A stretch of 64,000 nucleotides of DNA from Minisyncoccota bacterium (GCA_036517155.1 DATDXY010000019.1:9913-73912), one strand, 5' to 3'. Shown: positions 1-11,118, counted from the stretch's first letter. The notes: generated by a model not told the origin, from the letters alone. Made by a program: numbers and translations.

Positions 1-1960
1 TTTGATCGCTTTGAATTGGTACATTGACGTACGTTGTCATACTCTCTAGATTTTCCCCGGCGTACGATTTAACTTTGAAATCAAAATTACCGCTTGCGTA
101 TGCATTAATTACAAAACGATAATTTTCGTCTGCTGGCAAGAAAGCAAAATTATTTTCGCCAATCGTTGTGTAATTGCTTCCAGAAATCCCTAATTCAATA
201 TCACCATTCTCCACTGGACCAGTATGGTGATTTTGGGAATCGTATATATGCAAAGTAACTGGGCTATGAGTGCTTACTATTATTAGGTCAGTGCCAGAAA
301 ATGGAAAACAATCTTGTTCATTACTAGAAATTCCATAAGGGAGTTGATCTACATTACCGTCAATAATCTTTTTAATCAGATCTAATGGTGCTTCTTCCTG
401 TACTAATCCCAAGTGATCAATGTTTTCTTTAGTATTCGGCGGTAATACAAAATAATTCTGGTAATTATCCGAACCATAAAGGGCGCTCGCAAGTGGCACC
501 GTTCCATCACCACTACCAGTGTTAATATCAAATTTTCCATTATCATATGCACGAATGCTCCTTATGGTTGGATTAAGACAACCAGCAATATTATATATGT
601 TAGGTAAATTTAATGTCTGGGTATCTAAATTCTGGTGAAAAGCATCTACTTGATTTAATAAAGAGACGTTGCGTTGATCAAGAGGATCTTCGGCCATCAA
701 TGCATTAGTTTGGTCATAGCTAAGCGGATTCTCGTCCGCTGCTCCGTTTCGATAATCCTGCACATATCCCCCTTCTAATTCCACGTATTTTCTACTTGGC
801 AACAACTGATACGCTCCGGGCATATTTTGAGAAATAATTTTCATTCTTTCTGAATTCAAAATATAAAAACCAAATAGGTTGAAATTAAAATTATCACCAT
901 AATTCAAAATCTTAAATGCTTTGGGTGCCCCAATCTGGGGCACACCGACAAAAACTAATTTGTCTACAAAATTAATTGTGGAAGTTGAAAGTAGATAATC
1001 TTTAACTAGCAAGCCACCAGTACTATGAGTGATAATATTGACTTTCCCATTCGGTGATCTATTGATTGCTTCTTGTAATACTGTTCCCAGCCGATTTCTC
1101 TGGTCAGAAACTAATTTGCGCCAATCAAATGGAACAGTGAAAAGATTAGTGCCCGTAACATATCCATTGTTAATAAATAAATCAAGCAGAGGCTGATAAT
1201 TTGGCGCCACGAATTCTTGACCAACAATGCTCCCCACATCGATTGGGACTGTGTCCTGAACATCTGAAGTTAGCTGAAGAGCATTGAGATATTCGTCTGA
1301 TCCCGATAAAACCATTCGTCCACCATTCGGCCAAACCTCTTCTCCATCCGAAACCAGATTTAACCTCGTCCCCATAATCCCCGGCACGATGATGATAGGA
1401 ATTTTTTGTTCACCAATAAAATGATATTGGGCTGGGTCAGAAAATTTAATTGGAATTGGATTATTGGAATCAAAAGCAATGGTAATGTAATCTCCTTCAT
1501 TGAAAGGACGTCCTATCACTTCTTCAACTAGCGGCCTTGTAACCGGACAAGGATGAAGCCAATTACACACTCGGATAAAGTTTTGTGGAGTCCATTTTTT
1601 TATTGAAAGAACCGGGATTGAATAAGACTGGCCCTGGATGAAATCACTGTGGCCAAACCAATCTGGAATAAATGCGTTCGGATTAATTCCTTCTTCAAAT
1701 ATAGCTGTTACGTCTTTACTTAAATTGGGGAAAAAACTAAGACCGCTTTCATAGAAAATTCTTCCATTAAAACCAACCGCCATAGAAACATTCAAGCGAG
1801 TCATGCCTATCCAATCAAAACTCACTACCAATTCATCTTGGCTGTTAAATCCAAATCTTACGTTTTGATAAGGTGGATCGTCGGCTTTCACGCTTTGAAT
1901 TGAAGCCGTAAAAGCTAGAGAGGATATAAGGAAAATTAATATGTATTTCTTGGTATTCAT
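1..1960 (-). CDS. Secreted alpha/beta-hydrolase, LCAT/PGAP1-like lipase family; partial, the 3' end runs off the window
   Basis: Continuous minus-strand reading frame from the ATG at 1958-1960 to the window edge. It is absent from the ORF track only because no stop lies inside the window. Translation starts MNTKKYILIFLISSLAFTASIQSVKA (signal peptide), has IIVPGIMGTRL and the nucleophile-elbow motif ITHSTGG (GHSxG type), then a long C-terminal extension. Confidence 0.6.
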   Translation of the reverse strand, partial: MNTKKYILIFLISSLAFTASIQSVKADDPPYQNVRFGFNSQDELVVSFDWIGMTRLNVSMAVGFNGRIFYESGLSFFPNLSKDVTAIFEEGINPNAFIPDWFGHSDFIQGQSYSIPVLSIKKWTPQNFIRVCNWLHPCPVTRPLVEEVIGRPFNEGDYITIAFDSNNPIPIKFSDPAQYHFIGEQKIPIIIVPGIMGTRLNLVSDGEEVWPNGGRMVLSGSDEYLNALQLTSDVQDTVPIDVGSIVGQEFVAPNYQPLLDLFINNGYVTGTNLFTVPFDWRKLVSDQRNRLGTVLQEAINRSPNGKVNIITHSTGGLLVKDYLLSTSTINFVDKLVFVGVPQIGAPKAFKILNYGDNFNFNLFGFYILNSERMKIISQNMPGAYQLLPSRKYVELEGGYVQDYRNGAADENPLSYDQTNALMAEDPLDQRNVSLLNQVDAFHQNLDTQTLNLPNIYNIAGCLNPTIRSIRAYDNGKFDINTGSGDGTVPLASALYGSDNYQNYFVLPPNTKENIDHLGLVQEEAPLDLIKKIIDGNVDQLPYGISSNEQDCFPFSGTDLIIVSTHSPVTLHIYDSQNHHTGPVENGDIELGISGSNYTTIGENNFAFLPADENYRFVINAYASGNFDFKVKSYAGENLESMTTYVNVPIQSDQ

Positions 1961-1999
1961 ATAAAAATAATTACCCATACCCTATCACCTCTACCCACA

Positions 2000-2024
2000 A
2001 AAGAAAAGCCCCGATTAAGGGGCA
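2000..2024 (-). terminator. Rho-independent terminator downstream of clpP
   Basis: GCCCC(2008-2012)/GGGGC(2019-2023) hairpin; on the minus strand it is followed by TTTTCTTTT. Confidence 0.4.
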
Positions 2025-2030
2025 GTTTCT

Positions 2031-2633
2031 TTACTTTCCGTTCTTCAAAACCGTATCGATTACTCCGTATTCTTTCGCTTCAGAGGCGCTTAAATGGAAA
2101 TCGCGATCTGTGTCTCTTTCAATCTTTGCCATCGGCTGGCCAGTGTGTTTGGCGATAATTTGATTCAAACGTTCTTTGATTTTCAGAATATGTCGCGCCG
2201 TAATTTCAATTTCAATCGCCTGTCCCTCTACGCCGCCCATAATTTGGTGCAAAAGAATTTCCGAGTTCGGCAAAGCGATTCGCTTGCCCTTCTGCCCCGC
2301 TGCCAGCAAAACTGCGCCCATAGATGCCGCCATACCGACGCAAACTGTGGACACATCCGGTTTCACCAGTTGCATCGTGTCGTAAATCGCCAGTCCGGCT
2401 GTTACCGATCCGCCCGGAGAGTTGATGTACAATTTAATATCTTTCTTTGGATCTTCGTGTTCCAAAAAAAGCAGTTGCGCGATTATCGTGTTCGCTACGC
2501 CATCACTAATCGGCCCGCCCAAAAAGATAATGCGTTCCTTTAATAGACGGGAATAAATATCGTACGCCCGCTCACCCATTTGGGTTTTTTCTATAACCGT
2601 TGGAATTAAATACTGGTTGGATTCATCTCCCAT
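2031..2633 (-). CDS. clpP: ATP-dependent Clp protease proteolytic subunit
   Basis: 200 aa; ClpP serine protease fold with Ser in GMAASMGA and His in ILLHQ. Confidence 0.95.
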   Translation of the reverse strand: MGDESNQYLIPTVIEKTQMGERAYDIYSRLLKERIIFLGGPISDGVANTIIAQLLFLEHEDPKKDIKLYINSPGGSVTAGLAIYDTMQLVKPDVSTVCVGMAASMGAVLLAAGQKGKRIALPNSEILLHQIMGGVEGQAIEIEITARHILKIKERLNQIIAKHTGQPMAKIERDTDRDFHLSASEAKEYGVIDTVLKNGK

Positions 2634-2639
2634 AGTGTT

Positions 2640-3881
2640 TTATTTGGCTAATGACTCTAAATGCTCAAAGACCTTTTTATTCCGAACTATGCCATAAATA
2701 TAATCATAAAGCCGTTGGGGGTCAATTTTCGGATTTTTTTCAAACTGACTGCGGGCCAAAAAATCATTGGCTTCTTTTTCCACTTCTGCTTGGTTCGGCT
2801 CCAGATTTTCCGTTTTGGCGATTTGGAACAGCACCAAATTATTGATGACATTTTTTCTTGCCGCTTCCTGAAGGGATTTTTGCAATTCTTCTTCGTTCTG
2901 GCGAGCGCCTTTGTGCAAACGATATTCTTCTTCCATACCTTTGACCGTGCGATCAATCATAATTTGTGGAATATCAATGGTGGAATCTTTTCCGACTTCT
3001 TCCAAAATTTTCAGTTGCGCCCGATCGCGTTCTTTTTCTTCTTTTTCTTTTTGGATTCCTTCGCGAACGCTGGTTTCAAACGCCGCCACGGTTTCAAATT
3101 TCCCCAAGGATTTTACCAATTCATCATTCAGCTCCGGCAGTTCACGGCTAAACACGCCCCGGACATCCGTTTGGAAATCCACTTTTTTATTTCGTAAATC
3201 TTCTTTCCAATAATCCGCCGGAAAAGTGATGGCAAAGGCAATGTGATCCCCTTCCTTATGCCCAATAATATGTTCTTCAAAACCCGGAATGAATTTTCCT
3301 TCGCCCAGCACAAACCGGTCGGCTTTGCCGCTGGCGCCATCCAAACTTTTGCCGTCAATAGAACCGGCAAAATCCAAATCAATCACATCCCCTTTCTCTG
3401 CTGTCCGATTGACTCGGGTAACTTTCGCGCGGGTATTTAATAGCCAATTAATGGATTTTTGGATTTCTTTTTCCTCTATCGTGACCGGTTTTCTTTCTTG
3501 GAAAATTTTCTTGCTGATTTTCTGGTAATTGCCAAGCTTTATTTCTGGAAACAGCGTCAGGACGGTTTTGAATTTCAAACCGGTTTCACTTTCCTGGATA
3601 TCAATTTTCGGCTGATCTACCAATTCCCATTCTTTTTCTTCGGCAATGGCTTTGAGGGTATGACGAATCGCTTCCGTCGCCGCTTCTTCAAAAACTTTTT
3701 CTTTATCCACCGCTTTATCCGCCAAATCTTTTGGCGCCGTACCCGGGCGAAAACCTTTCAAATGCACCGAGGTCAGTATCCGATCATAAATCGGCTGGTA
3801 ATATTCCAAAAATTCCTTATGCTCCAAAGTGACTTGGAGTTCCGCCTGCGAGTGAGGCAGTTTTTTCGCATCATATTTCAT
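2640..3881 (-). CDS. tig: Trigger factor (ribosome-associated chaperone / PPIase)
   Basis: 413 aa, three-domain trigger factor-like architecture; sits directly upstream of clpP, the conserved tig-clpP arrangement. Confidence 0.85.
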   Translation of the reverse strand: MKYDAKKLPHSQAELQVTLEHKEFLEYYQPIYDRILTSVHLKGFRPGTAPKDLADKAVDKEKVFEEAATEAIRHTLKAIAEEKEWELVDQPKIDIQESETGLKFKTVLTLFPEIKLGNYQKISKKIFQERKPVTIEEKEIQKSINWLLNTRAKVTRVNRTAEKGDVIDLDFAGSIDGKSLDGASGKADRFVLGEGKFIPGFEEHIIGHKEGDHIAFAITFPADYWKEDLRNKKVDFQTDVRGVFSRELPELNDELVKSLGKFETVAAFETSVREGIQKEKEEKERDRAQLKILEEVGKDSTIDIPQIMIDRTVKGMEEEYRLHKGARQNEEELQKSLQEAARKNVINNLVLFQIAKTENLEPNQAEVEKEANDFLARSQFEKNPKIDPQRLYDYIYGIVRNKKVFEHLESLAK

Positions 3882-3887
3882 AGCTGT

Positions 3888-5861
3888 TTAGAGAAATGGC
3901 ACTAACAAAAGCGCCACAATGTTAATGACTTTGATAAGCGGATTAATTGCTGGTCCGGCCGTGTCTTTGTACGGATCGCCAACCGTGTCACCAGTAACAG
4001 CGGCTTTATGCGCGTCCGAGCCTTTGCCGCCAAAATTGCCGGATTCGATATATTTTTTCGCGTTATCCCACGCGGCGCCGCCCGAAGTCATGGAAAGCGC
4101 CAAGAAAATTCCGCCAATGATAGAACCCATCAAGAATCCGCCCAACGCGAGCGGCCCAAGCAAGAATCCGACCGCGATCACTGACACAATCGGCAACAGC
4201 GCCGGAAAAATCATTTGTTTCAATGCGGCTTTAGTGACAATATCCACGGCGCGAGCATAATCCGGCTTTGCTTTTCGTTCCATAATTCCCGGGATTTCCC
4301 GGAATTGGCGGCGCACTTCTTCTACCACCGCACCAGCAGTTTTACCTACCGAACGCATTGCGATGGAAGCAAACCAATAGGTAATTGCCACGCCCAGCAA
4401 TAAACCAATCAATACGGATGGATCTTGAATATCAAAAGGAATAAATTTCCCGGCTTTTTTCATAAATTCAAATCCATAACCGGCAAACAACACTAAGGCT
4501 GCTAGCCCAGCTGAGGCAATAGCATATCCCTTGGTCACCGCTTTCGTGGTATTCCCCACCGCATCTAGGGCATCCGTAATTTTTCGCACTTCTTCCGGAG
4601 CATTACTCATCTCCGCAATGCCGCCGGCATTATCAGTAATCGGACCAAAGGCATCAATCGCTACTACCATGCCAGAAACTGACAACATAGAAACTGCGGC
4701 AATCGCAATCCCGTACAAATCGGCAACTAAGTAGCTGCCGAAAATTGCCGCGACAATAATGATCGCCGGGATTACCGTCGCTTCCATGCCGACAGACAAA
4801 CCCATAATAATATTTGTGCCATGTCCGGACACAGACGCATTCGCAATAGATTTTACTGGGCGGAAACTTTTAGAAGTATAGTAATCCGTTACCACCACCA
4901 TCAGCGCCGTAACGGCAAGGCCAATCAACGCGCTGATATAAATTCTCCACGCATCTCCGGCAAAATAATATTTGGTTAACGGATAAAAAGCCGCTGCGGA
5001 AATTACGATAGTCGCAATTAAGCCCTTATAGAGCGCGCCCATAATTGTCCCTTCGGAACTCATTCGCACAAATAAACTTCCGATTAAAGAAGCCACGATG
5101 GCAAACCCGCACAACACTAGCGGGAAAATGACAAATTTCACATCTGGTAAAAATGAACCGAGCAGCATCACTGCCGAAAGCGTAACGGCATAGGTTTCGA
5201 AAAGATCCGCTGCCATACCGGCGCAATCGCCCACGTTGTCACCGACATTATCCGCAATTACGCCTGGATTGCGAGGATCATCTTCCGGAATGCCGGCTTC
5301 CACCTTACCAACTAAATCCGTACCCACGTCCGCCGCTTTGGTAAAAATACCGCCGCCCAAACGGGCAAAGATAGAAATTAAACTGGCGCCAAAACCCAGA
5401 CCAATCAAGGCTGGAACATTTTTCGTAGCAAAATAAAATCCGGCCACCGCCAGCAAACCTAGCGCCACTACCAGAAATCCAGTTACCGCTCCGGATCGGA
5501 ATGCCAGCAATAACGCCGCATTCAAACCGTTCTTGGCCGCTTCCGCGGTTTTGGCATTAGAACGAACAGCGATATTCATACCGATATAACCAGCTAATGC
5601 CGATGCTGCTGCGCCAATCAAGAAACCAACCGTAACCGCGCCGCCAAGCCAATAATACAAAGCCAGCGCCAAGATAAGCGCTACTACGGCAATCGCTTTA
5701 TATTGCCGATTCAAATAAGCTTTGGAGCCAATTTGAATTGCTCGAGAAATTTCTTGCATCGTTTCATTACCGGATGATTTCCCCCGAAGCCAAAAAATCA
5801 CGTACGCGCTATATACTACGGAAAGGACAATCGGTACAAAAATAGATAAATAGAGATTCAT
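3888..5861 (-). CDS. hppA: Membrane-bound H+/Na+-translocating pyrophosphatase
   Basis: 657 aa polytopic protein with the signature [12 protein letters not shown] motif and many transmembrane helices. Confidence 0.95.
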   Translation of the reverse strand: MNLYLSIFVPIVLSVVYSAYVIFWLRGKSSGNETMQEISRAIQIGSKAYLNRQYKAIAVVALILALALYYWLGGAVTVGFLIGAAASALAGYIGMNIAVRSNAKTAEAAKNGLNAALLLAFRSGAVTGFLVVALGLLAVAGFYFATKNVPALIGLGFGASLISIFARLGGGIFTKAADVGTDLVGKVEAGIPEDDPRNPGVIADNVGDNVGDCAGMAADLFETYAVTLSAVMLLGSFLPDVKFVIFPLVLCGFAIVASLIGSLFVRMSSEGTIMGALYKGLIATIVISAAAFYPLTKYYFAGDAWRIYISALIGLAVTALMVVVTDYYTSKSFRPVKSIANASVSGHGTNIIMGLSVGMEATVIPAIIIVAAIFGSYLVADLYGIAIAAVSMLSVSGMVVAIDAFGPITDNAGGIAEMSNAPEEVRKITDALDAVGNTTKAVTKGYAIASAGLAALVLFAGYGFEFMKKAGKFIPFDIQDPSVLIGLLLGVAITYWFASIAMRSVGKTAGAVVEEVRRQFREIPGIMERKAKPDYARAVDIVTKAALKQMIFPALLPIVSVIAVGFLLGPLALGGFLMGSIIGGIFLALSMTSGGAAWDNAKKYIESGNFGGKGSDAHKAAVTGDTVGDPYKDTAGPAINPLIKVINIVALLLVPFL

Positions 5862-5879
5862 AAATTATTGGAAAATTAA

Positions 5880-7106
5880 TTATTCTTCAGCGCTTTTTTC
5901 TTCTGCCGGAGGCACCGTGTCCGGAGAAACCGCGACACCGCCTTCTTGCACTTCTTCTGGACGTGCTTGCGATCGGACATCAATTTTCCAACCAGTTAAT
6001 TTGGCGGCTAAACGGACATTCTGTCCACCTTTGCCGATCGCCAAACTCAACTGATCTTCTGCGACAAACGCTTTTGCTTCCCGACGTTCGGAGACGGTGA
6101 CTTCTAATACCTTTGCCGGAGAAAGCGCGTTAGAAATAAATTTCTCCGGACTTTCCGACCATTCAATAATATCAATTTTCTCCTGGCCCAGTTCATTACT
6201 GACCGACATTACGCGAGTGCCGCGCTGGCCCACACAAGAACCCACCGGATCCACACCTTCCATTTTGGAAGCAACGGCAATTTTCGTGCGGCTGCCCGGT
6301 TCGCGGGCAATTCCCTTAATTTCTACCACGCCTTCCGCAATTTCCGGAACTTCTAATTGAAATAATTTACTCACAAATCTCGGGTGGGAACGGGATAAAA
6401 TAATGCCCGGAACTTTTGCGTCCTCTTGGACGGCCAGCACAAAAAACCGAAGCCGTTCGCCGGAACGATAGTGCTCGCCCGGAATAGATTCGTTATAAAA
6501 CATCAAACCGGTGGCGCGGCCAAGATCAATATACACATTGCCCCGGTCAAATCGCTGCACTACGCCACTAACAATCTCGCCGGATTTATTTTGAAATTCT
6601 TTCAATACGGAATTCCGTTCCGCTTCCCGAAGCCGCTGCAAAATCACCTGCTTCGCGGTTTGGGCGGCGATCCGTCCGAACTCTTCATAAGTTTCCAACG
6701 GGAATTCCAGTTCTTCGCCCAGCTGGACATCCTTTTTAATAGTTCGCGCTTCTTCCAAAAGAATATGCCGATCGGAATTATAGCGTGGCAATACTGACGC
6801 TTCAGTCGGTGTCCCGACTTCCGAGCTATCAAAACGTCGAGGTTTTTCATCTATTATTACCTCTTCCTCCCCCTCCACCGGCATCCGAACCGTAGTTTCA
6901 TCAACGATAGTTTTCACTTGGCTAAACTTGAGATCGCCGCTTTTCAAATCAAAACGACAGCGGATAATTTCCTCTTTTTTTCGATATTCTTTTTTGTACG
7001 CTGCGGCAATGGAAGATTCAATCGCTTCTAATACGTGCGTCGCGTCAATGCCTTTTTCATCGGCAATTTGTTCTACCGCTTTTTTAAGACTTTTAAGGTC
7101 CATCAT
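5880..7106 (-). CDS. nusA: Transcription termination/antitermination factor NusA
   Basis: 408 aa; NusA N-terminal domain (MMDLKSLKKAVEQIADEKGID), then S1 and tandem KH domains. Confidence 0.95.
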   Translation of the reverse strand: MMDLKSLKKAVEQIADEKGIDATHVLEAIESSIAAAYKKEYRKKEEIIRCRFDLKSGDLKFSQVKTIVDETTVRMPVEGEEEVIIDEKPRRFDSSEVGTPTEASVLPRYNSDRHILLEEARTIKKDVQLGEELEFPLETYEEFGRIAAQTAKQVILQRLREAERNSVLKEFQNKSGEIVSGVVQRFDRGNVYIDLGRATGLMFYNESIPGEHYRSGERLRFFVLAVQEDAKVPGIILSRSHPRFVSKLFQLEVPEIAEGVVEIKGIAREPGSRTKIAVASKMEGVDPVGSCVGQRGTRVMSVSNELGQEKIDIIEWSESPEKFISNALSPAKVLEVTVSERREAKAFVAEDQLSLAIGKGGQNVRLAAKLTGWKIDVRSQARPEEVQEGGVAVSPDTVPPAEEKSAEE

Positions 7107-7273
7107 ATATAATAGTAGTTAGTGATTAGTCACTAGTGGTTAATTTTAATAATTTTTTTAAAAAAGCCCGCTGGGAGCGGACTTCAATCAATAAAAGCAG
7201 TATATCTGAAATTCCGGAAAAAGTCAAAGGGGCTCTACGTACACGCAGAACCCCTTTATTTTGACCAAAAGAT

Positions 7274-7750
7274 CTAATTATTGAATATCACCGGAGACAC
7301 ATATGGCCCCAGAATTATCCTGGTCTTGGATTTTCCCTTCTTCAGGATCAAGTATTCAGCCGGTCCACGCACCCGTACATTAAAATGAATAGAGGAAGAT
7401 CCTCGTAATTGGACCTCTCCTCCGCTAAGTTCGGCAATGCGATTTTTCAGTTCCTTCAACCAGACTTTATCCACTGCATAACCGTCAAACACTGCCCAGA
7501 ATGCATCATAAACCGCTTCTTCGGAAAAAGCAGAAAAGTCCGGTGTCTCTAGCTTACTCAAAGCGACTGCGGTATATTCGTAGATTTTCCTCCGATCATT
7601 CAGCAGTTTCGTTTCAGTCATAGTAGCGGTGTCTGATTCATAAGAGTTATAGGATTCTCTCTGAAACTTCAGAATGGGCGTCCAATTCTCCGCGTAAGCA
7701 ATTTGCATTGCTCCGCACATCACGGCAACGGCCAACATTTGTCTCAACAT
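7274..7750 (-). CDS. Hypothetical secreted protein
   Basis: 158 aa with a signal peptide (MLRQMLAVAVMCGAMQIAYA); no recognisable domain. Confidence 0.5.
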   Translation of the reverse strand: MLRQMLAVAVMCGAMQIAYAENWTPILKFQRESYNSYESDTATMTETKLLNDRRKIYEYTAVALSKLETPDFSAFSEEAVYDAFWAVFDGYAVDKVWLKELKNRIAELSGGEVQLRGSSSIHFNVRVRGPAEYLILKKGKSKTRIILGPYVSPVIFNN

Positions 7751-7834
7751 TTCGCGCGACCTCCTTATAATTTATTAATGCTGCTATATACTACTCTGCT
7801 TTTCGTTATACTATATAATTAGTATTTTGTCAAT

Positions 7835-10186
7835 TTATTGTACTTTCACCGTTGCGTCAAAAGATTGTTCCCCTTCCGCATTGCCACAAATCAGATTGTA
7901 CGTTGTAGAAATTATTGGCGACACTCGAACCGAACCAAAAGTTTTTATACTCGCGCCAAGGGCCGGAACTATCCGGCAAGTATCGGCAAAACGGCAACTC
8001 CATGCCAGTTCGGATTCTCGGACAAAAACGGAACGTGTATCCAAAACCGAAGGCAGGGCGGTAAAGGCGCAGATTGGCACTTCGGCTAATTTCACAATAA
8101 CCGATCGGGTGGTTGTCCCTAATGGCCCCTTACAAGTCAGACCGTAGGTTAATTCTTTTTTTGCCGAACCGACAAATGTTTGGTTGCCGTTGGTTGGTTG
8201 GTTGCCGCTCCAAGCGCCTAATGCCACGCAGGTATCCGCATCTTGAGTAGTCCAGCTAATTGCATATTCTGATGGGACTCCGAGCGTCACTTTTTCCGCC
8301 TTGCCATTGGCACTGATATCAATGACCGGCGGCCCTTTTGGTGGAGGTGGATTCACTACCGCTACATTTATATAAGCGATGCTGGATATTTTACCATCGC
8401 CTTGCACTAGTCGTAGTACACCATACCGATATACGCCAGGAGGATCATTAAAAATCTTTTCACCAAAAGGCACATTGCACATTTCGGATTCCACCGGCTC
8501 ATTTACCACCCCTTCAAAAGTTGGTGTGCCAGAATTCAAATCAATATTAAATTGGCATTGACCGCCGTCTTGGATTTCCGACCAACCGCCAGAGGCATCA
8601 CGACTGGCCTTATTGTCACCATTTAAATCTCTGCTTGCCGAAACCCATAAAGAAACCGGTTTGCCACGAACCACTCGAATGCTCCGGCCATACATTACAC
8701 CATCCAAACTCACGCCCGCTTCCGCGATTGGCAGAGGAATTATTCTCGGAGTAATTGGGCTGCTAGAAATAATTTCTTCTGACGAACCAACGATGTTTAT
8801 TGTCACCGAATCCGATGCGGAAGAAAAACCAGGACAATACATTTTATACGTGTGAGTGCCTACTGTGGAATTATTCACCGTTTGTGTTTCCGCTTTGCTT
8901 TTCACGCCCAACCAGCCGGGGCCATAGGCAATACAATAACGATCCAGATTCCAAGAAATTTCAAACGAAGCTGGCGCATTTAATGTTATTGGGCCATCTT
9001 GGCCATTTACTTTCAAATCCAATTTTGGTTCCGCTACCGGTGTTGGCGCCGCTTGAAAAATCGGTGGTTCCGGTTCCGCTGGCGTTATAACTTCTGGTGG
9101 TTTTGACAATGGCGGCGCTGGCAAAGTTGGCGTTTGTACGCGAATGGTAACCGATGATCGCAACTTTCCTCCCAACTCCGGATATTTTCCTAACGCCTCC
9201 AAAGAATAGCGGGTGGTAAATTTCGGAAATACCGTTATGGAACCAGTATTGGAAACTCTGCCAATCCCCTGATCGATGGTTATTGATTCCGCATTACTGA
9301 CATTCCAATTTAATGTTACTGCTTCTCCTTTTTTTATTTCGGTTACGTTCCCCGTTAATTGCCCGGCGGGTGGCGGAGGAATGTCGCCCACTTTAACAGT
9401 GACCGTTTTGGTAATGCTGCCCGTTTGAGCAGATTTACTACCATCCACCACTCCCATACAGGTGAACTTATGAGTATAGACACCGGTAGGAACATTAAAA
9501 AAAGTATTACGTCCGGACGTCGTATTAGCGGAAAAATTATCCGGCATTTTGCCACTTAATTGGCATTGGGTGCCAGGATTGGTTGCTTGCCAGACTACAG
9601 TATAGCTGCCACCCTCTGGAACTGCGTTATCCGATGCGGTCACAGACATCCTCTGGGTTAACGGCGCGCAAGCCGGCACAGTTTTGCTCGGCCAAATAAA
9701 ATCCAATCCAACCCAACATGCGCTGTCTCTCTGGCACGATGGCCATCGTTGGCATATCCGTTCCGAAAAATTACAATCCCAATGATCAAAAATTTCTACT
9801 TTATCAGCAAGAGGTGGCTTCATAACTTCTACCGTAATATTGCCGCCAACACAGCTTTCCGCCAGCAAACGCTCCCCCTCCGAATAAATAATAGCGGTAT
9901 CAAAACGATTTAAGGATCGATCTTCCGGAAAAAAATTATCTGCAGTCGGATTAAATGAGTCGGCAATTTCTCGAGGAATCGTAAAAATAACATTCAACTT
10001 AGATAACACGACATTATCGCGGGTGGGGGTTGGACTATTATATCGCTTTTGACACAATACTTTTCCTGAGGTCTGATCACAAGGCAAACCACTGTCAACA
10101 TATCCCTCAACCGCATGAGTGGTAATTGCGCTAATTAAAAAACTGAATAATGCGCCAATAATTAAAATAAATCCTGTCTTTCGCAT
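7835..10186 (-). CDS. Large Cys-rich secreted/surface protein with three poly-Pro-linked beta-sandwich-like repeats
   Basis: 783 aa with a signal peptide (MRKTGFILIIGALFSFLISAITTHA) and many Cys. Three repeated modules are each preceded by a PPPP/PPLSKPP linker (…VTLNWNVSNAESITI…, …ITLNAPASFEISWN…, …VTLGVPSEYAISWTT…). Confidence 0.6.
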   Translation of the reverse strand: MRKTGFILIIGALFSFLISAITTHAVEGYVDSGLPCDQTSGKVLCQKRYNSPTPTRDNVVLSKLNVIFTIPREIADSFNPTADNFFPEDRSLNRFDTAIIYSEGERLLAESCVGGNITVEVMKPPLADKVEIFDHWDCNFSERICQRWPSCQRDSACWVGLDFIWPSKTVPACAPLTQRMSVTASDNAVPEGGSYTVVWQATNPGTQCQLSGKMPDNFSANTTSGRNTFFNVPTGVYTHKFTCMGVVDGSKSAQTGSITKTVTVKVGDIPPPPAGQLTGNVTEIKKGEAVTLNWNVSNAESITIDQGIGRVSNTGSITVFPKFTTRYSLEALGKYPELGGKLRSSVTIRVQTPTLPAPPLSKPPEVITPAEPEPPIFQAAPTPVAEPKLDLKVNGQDGPITLNAPASFEISWNLDRYCIAYGPGWLGVKSKAETQTVNNSTVGTHTYKMYCPGFSSASDSVTINIVGSSEEIISSSPITPRIIPLPIAEAGVSLDGVMYGRSIRVVRGKPVSLWVSASRDLNGDNKASRDASGGWSEIQDGGQCQFNIDLNSGTPTFEGVVNEPVESEMCNVPFGEKIFNDPPGVYRYGVLRLVQGDGKISSIAYINVAVVNPPPPKGPPVIDISANGKAEKVTLGVPSEYAISWTTQDADTCVALGAWSGNQPTNGNQTFVGSAKKELTYGLTCKGPLGTTTRSVIVKLAEVPICAFTALPSVLDTRSVFVRESELAWSCRFADTCRIVPALGASIKTFGSVRVSPIISTTYNLICGNAEGEQSFDATVKVQ

Positions 10187-10271
10187 ATTACTAATTGTAC
10201 TATATTTTTAGAACCTATCTAAATAAAAGAAGCCATCTTGGGGAAAGATGGCTTCTTAACTTAAAAAGATA

Positions 10272-10694
10272 CTAGGACTGGGGACGGGGGCGCTGCCGTT
10301 GTAAAAATCGGCATTGAGCATTTCGGATAGTATTGTCAATCTCTCTTTTCCAGATTTCCTGTTCGCGAAAATGATTCTCAATCACCGTTGCAACGTGCCG
10401 CTTGTAATTTTGAGCAATAAATTTTTTCCCAAAATAAATAAAAACTCTATAACGGTACACGATAATTCTCTCTACTCCCTGCACGTTCCAAATACAGCGA
10501 GCCAGTAGGTGTGATTGATTTTTTTTGCCATTGGAAGCAACCGGACAAAATTTCGAAGGACCATCATAGTCCTCGGAGTCATTAGTGGTCAATTGCTTAT
10601 TAAAATGACACTTGAGAATCGATGTGCCATCTTCTTCAATCAACATTGAGTGATTTCTTTCATTCATATAGTATCCCTCCGTTTCAATGTGCAA
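10272..10694 (-). CDS. Hypothetical protein
   Basis: 140 aa ORF with no recognisable motifs; the start may be the internal Met (MNERNHSML). Confidence 0.35.
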   Translation of the reverse strand: MHIETEGYYMNERNHSMLIEEDGTSILKCHFNKQLTTNDSEDYDGPSKFCPVASNGKKNQSHLLARCIWNVQGVERIIVYRYRVFIYFGKKFIAQNYKRHVATVIENHFREQEIWKREIDNTIRNAQCRFLQRQRPRPQS

Positions 10695-10737
10695 ACAAAT
10701 TCCTATATTCAGTATACCATTTCATACATTTTAAAAT

Positions 10738-11118
10738 TTATATATTTTCAAAATATTTTATATCACAATCTTTTAACTCATTTGTCAATGTGATAGCAAT
10801 CAAATCAATCCGCCATCCTTTTTTATCCCCTACTAAATTTTCATTTGCGCCAACGTATAAAGATGCGGTGCGTTGGAGTTTTTTTAATTTTGAAGGCGTT
10901 AAATTATCTTCCGGCTGAATATTCAGCGGTTGATTATTATATTGTCGGATTGTTTTCACTTCCACAAAAACTAATACTCCATTTTTATCTTTGGCAATAA
11001 TATCTATCTCGCCCCACGGTTTCCGAAAGTTCCGATCAATAATCCGGCAACCGTGTTTTTGTAAATACTGAAAGGCGAGATCTTCGCCAAGCTTGCCAAT
11101 GGATTGTTTGTTATTCAT
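10738..11118 (-). CDS. yraN: YraN family (UPF0102) endonuclease
   Basis: 126 aa; LGEDLAFQYLQKHGCRIIDRNFR…GEIDIIAKDKNGVLVFVEVK is the characteristic YraN/UPF0102 signature. Confidence 0.85.
   Translation of the reverse strand: MNNKQSIGKLGEDLAFQYLQKHGCRIIDRNFRKPWGEIDIIAKDKNGVLVFVEVKTIRQYNNQPLNIQPEDNLTPSKLKKLQRTASLYVGANENLVGDKKGWRIDLIAITLTNELKDCDIKYFENI

Noticed and set aside
7107-7273. Possible small RNA or palindrome (AGTGATTAGTCACTAGTG) between nusA and the 158 aa gene
   Set aside because: The symmetry is imperfect. The region is more simply explained by the nusA promoter/5' region plus a terminator hairpin (AGGGG…CCCCT) for the upstream minus-strand gene.
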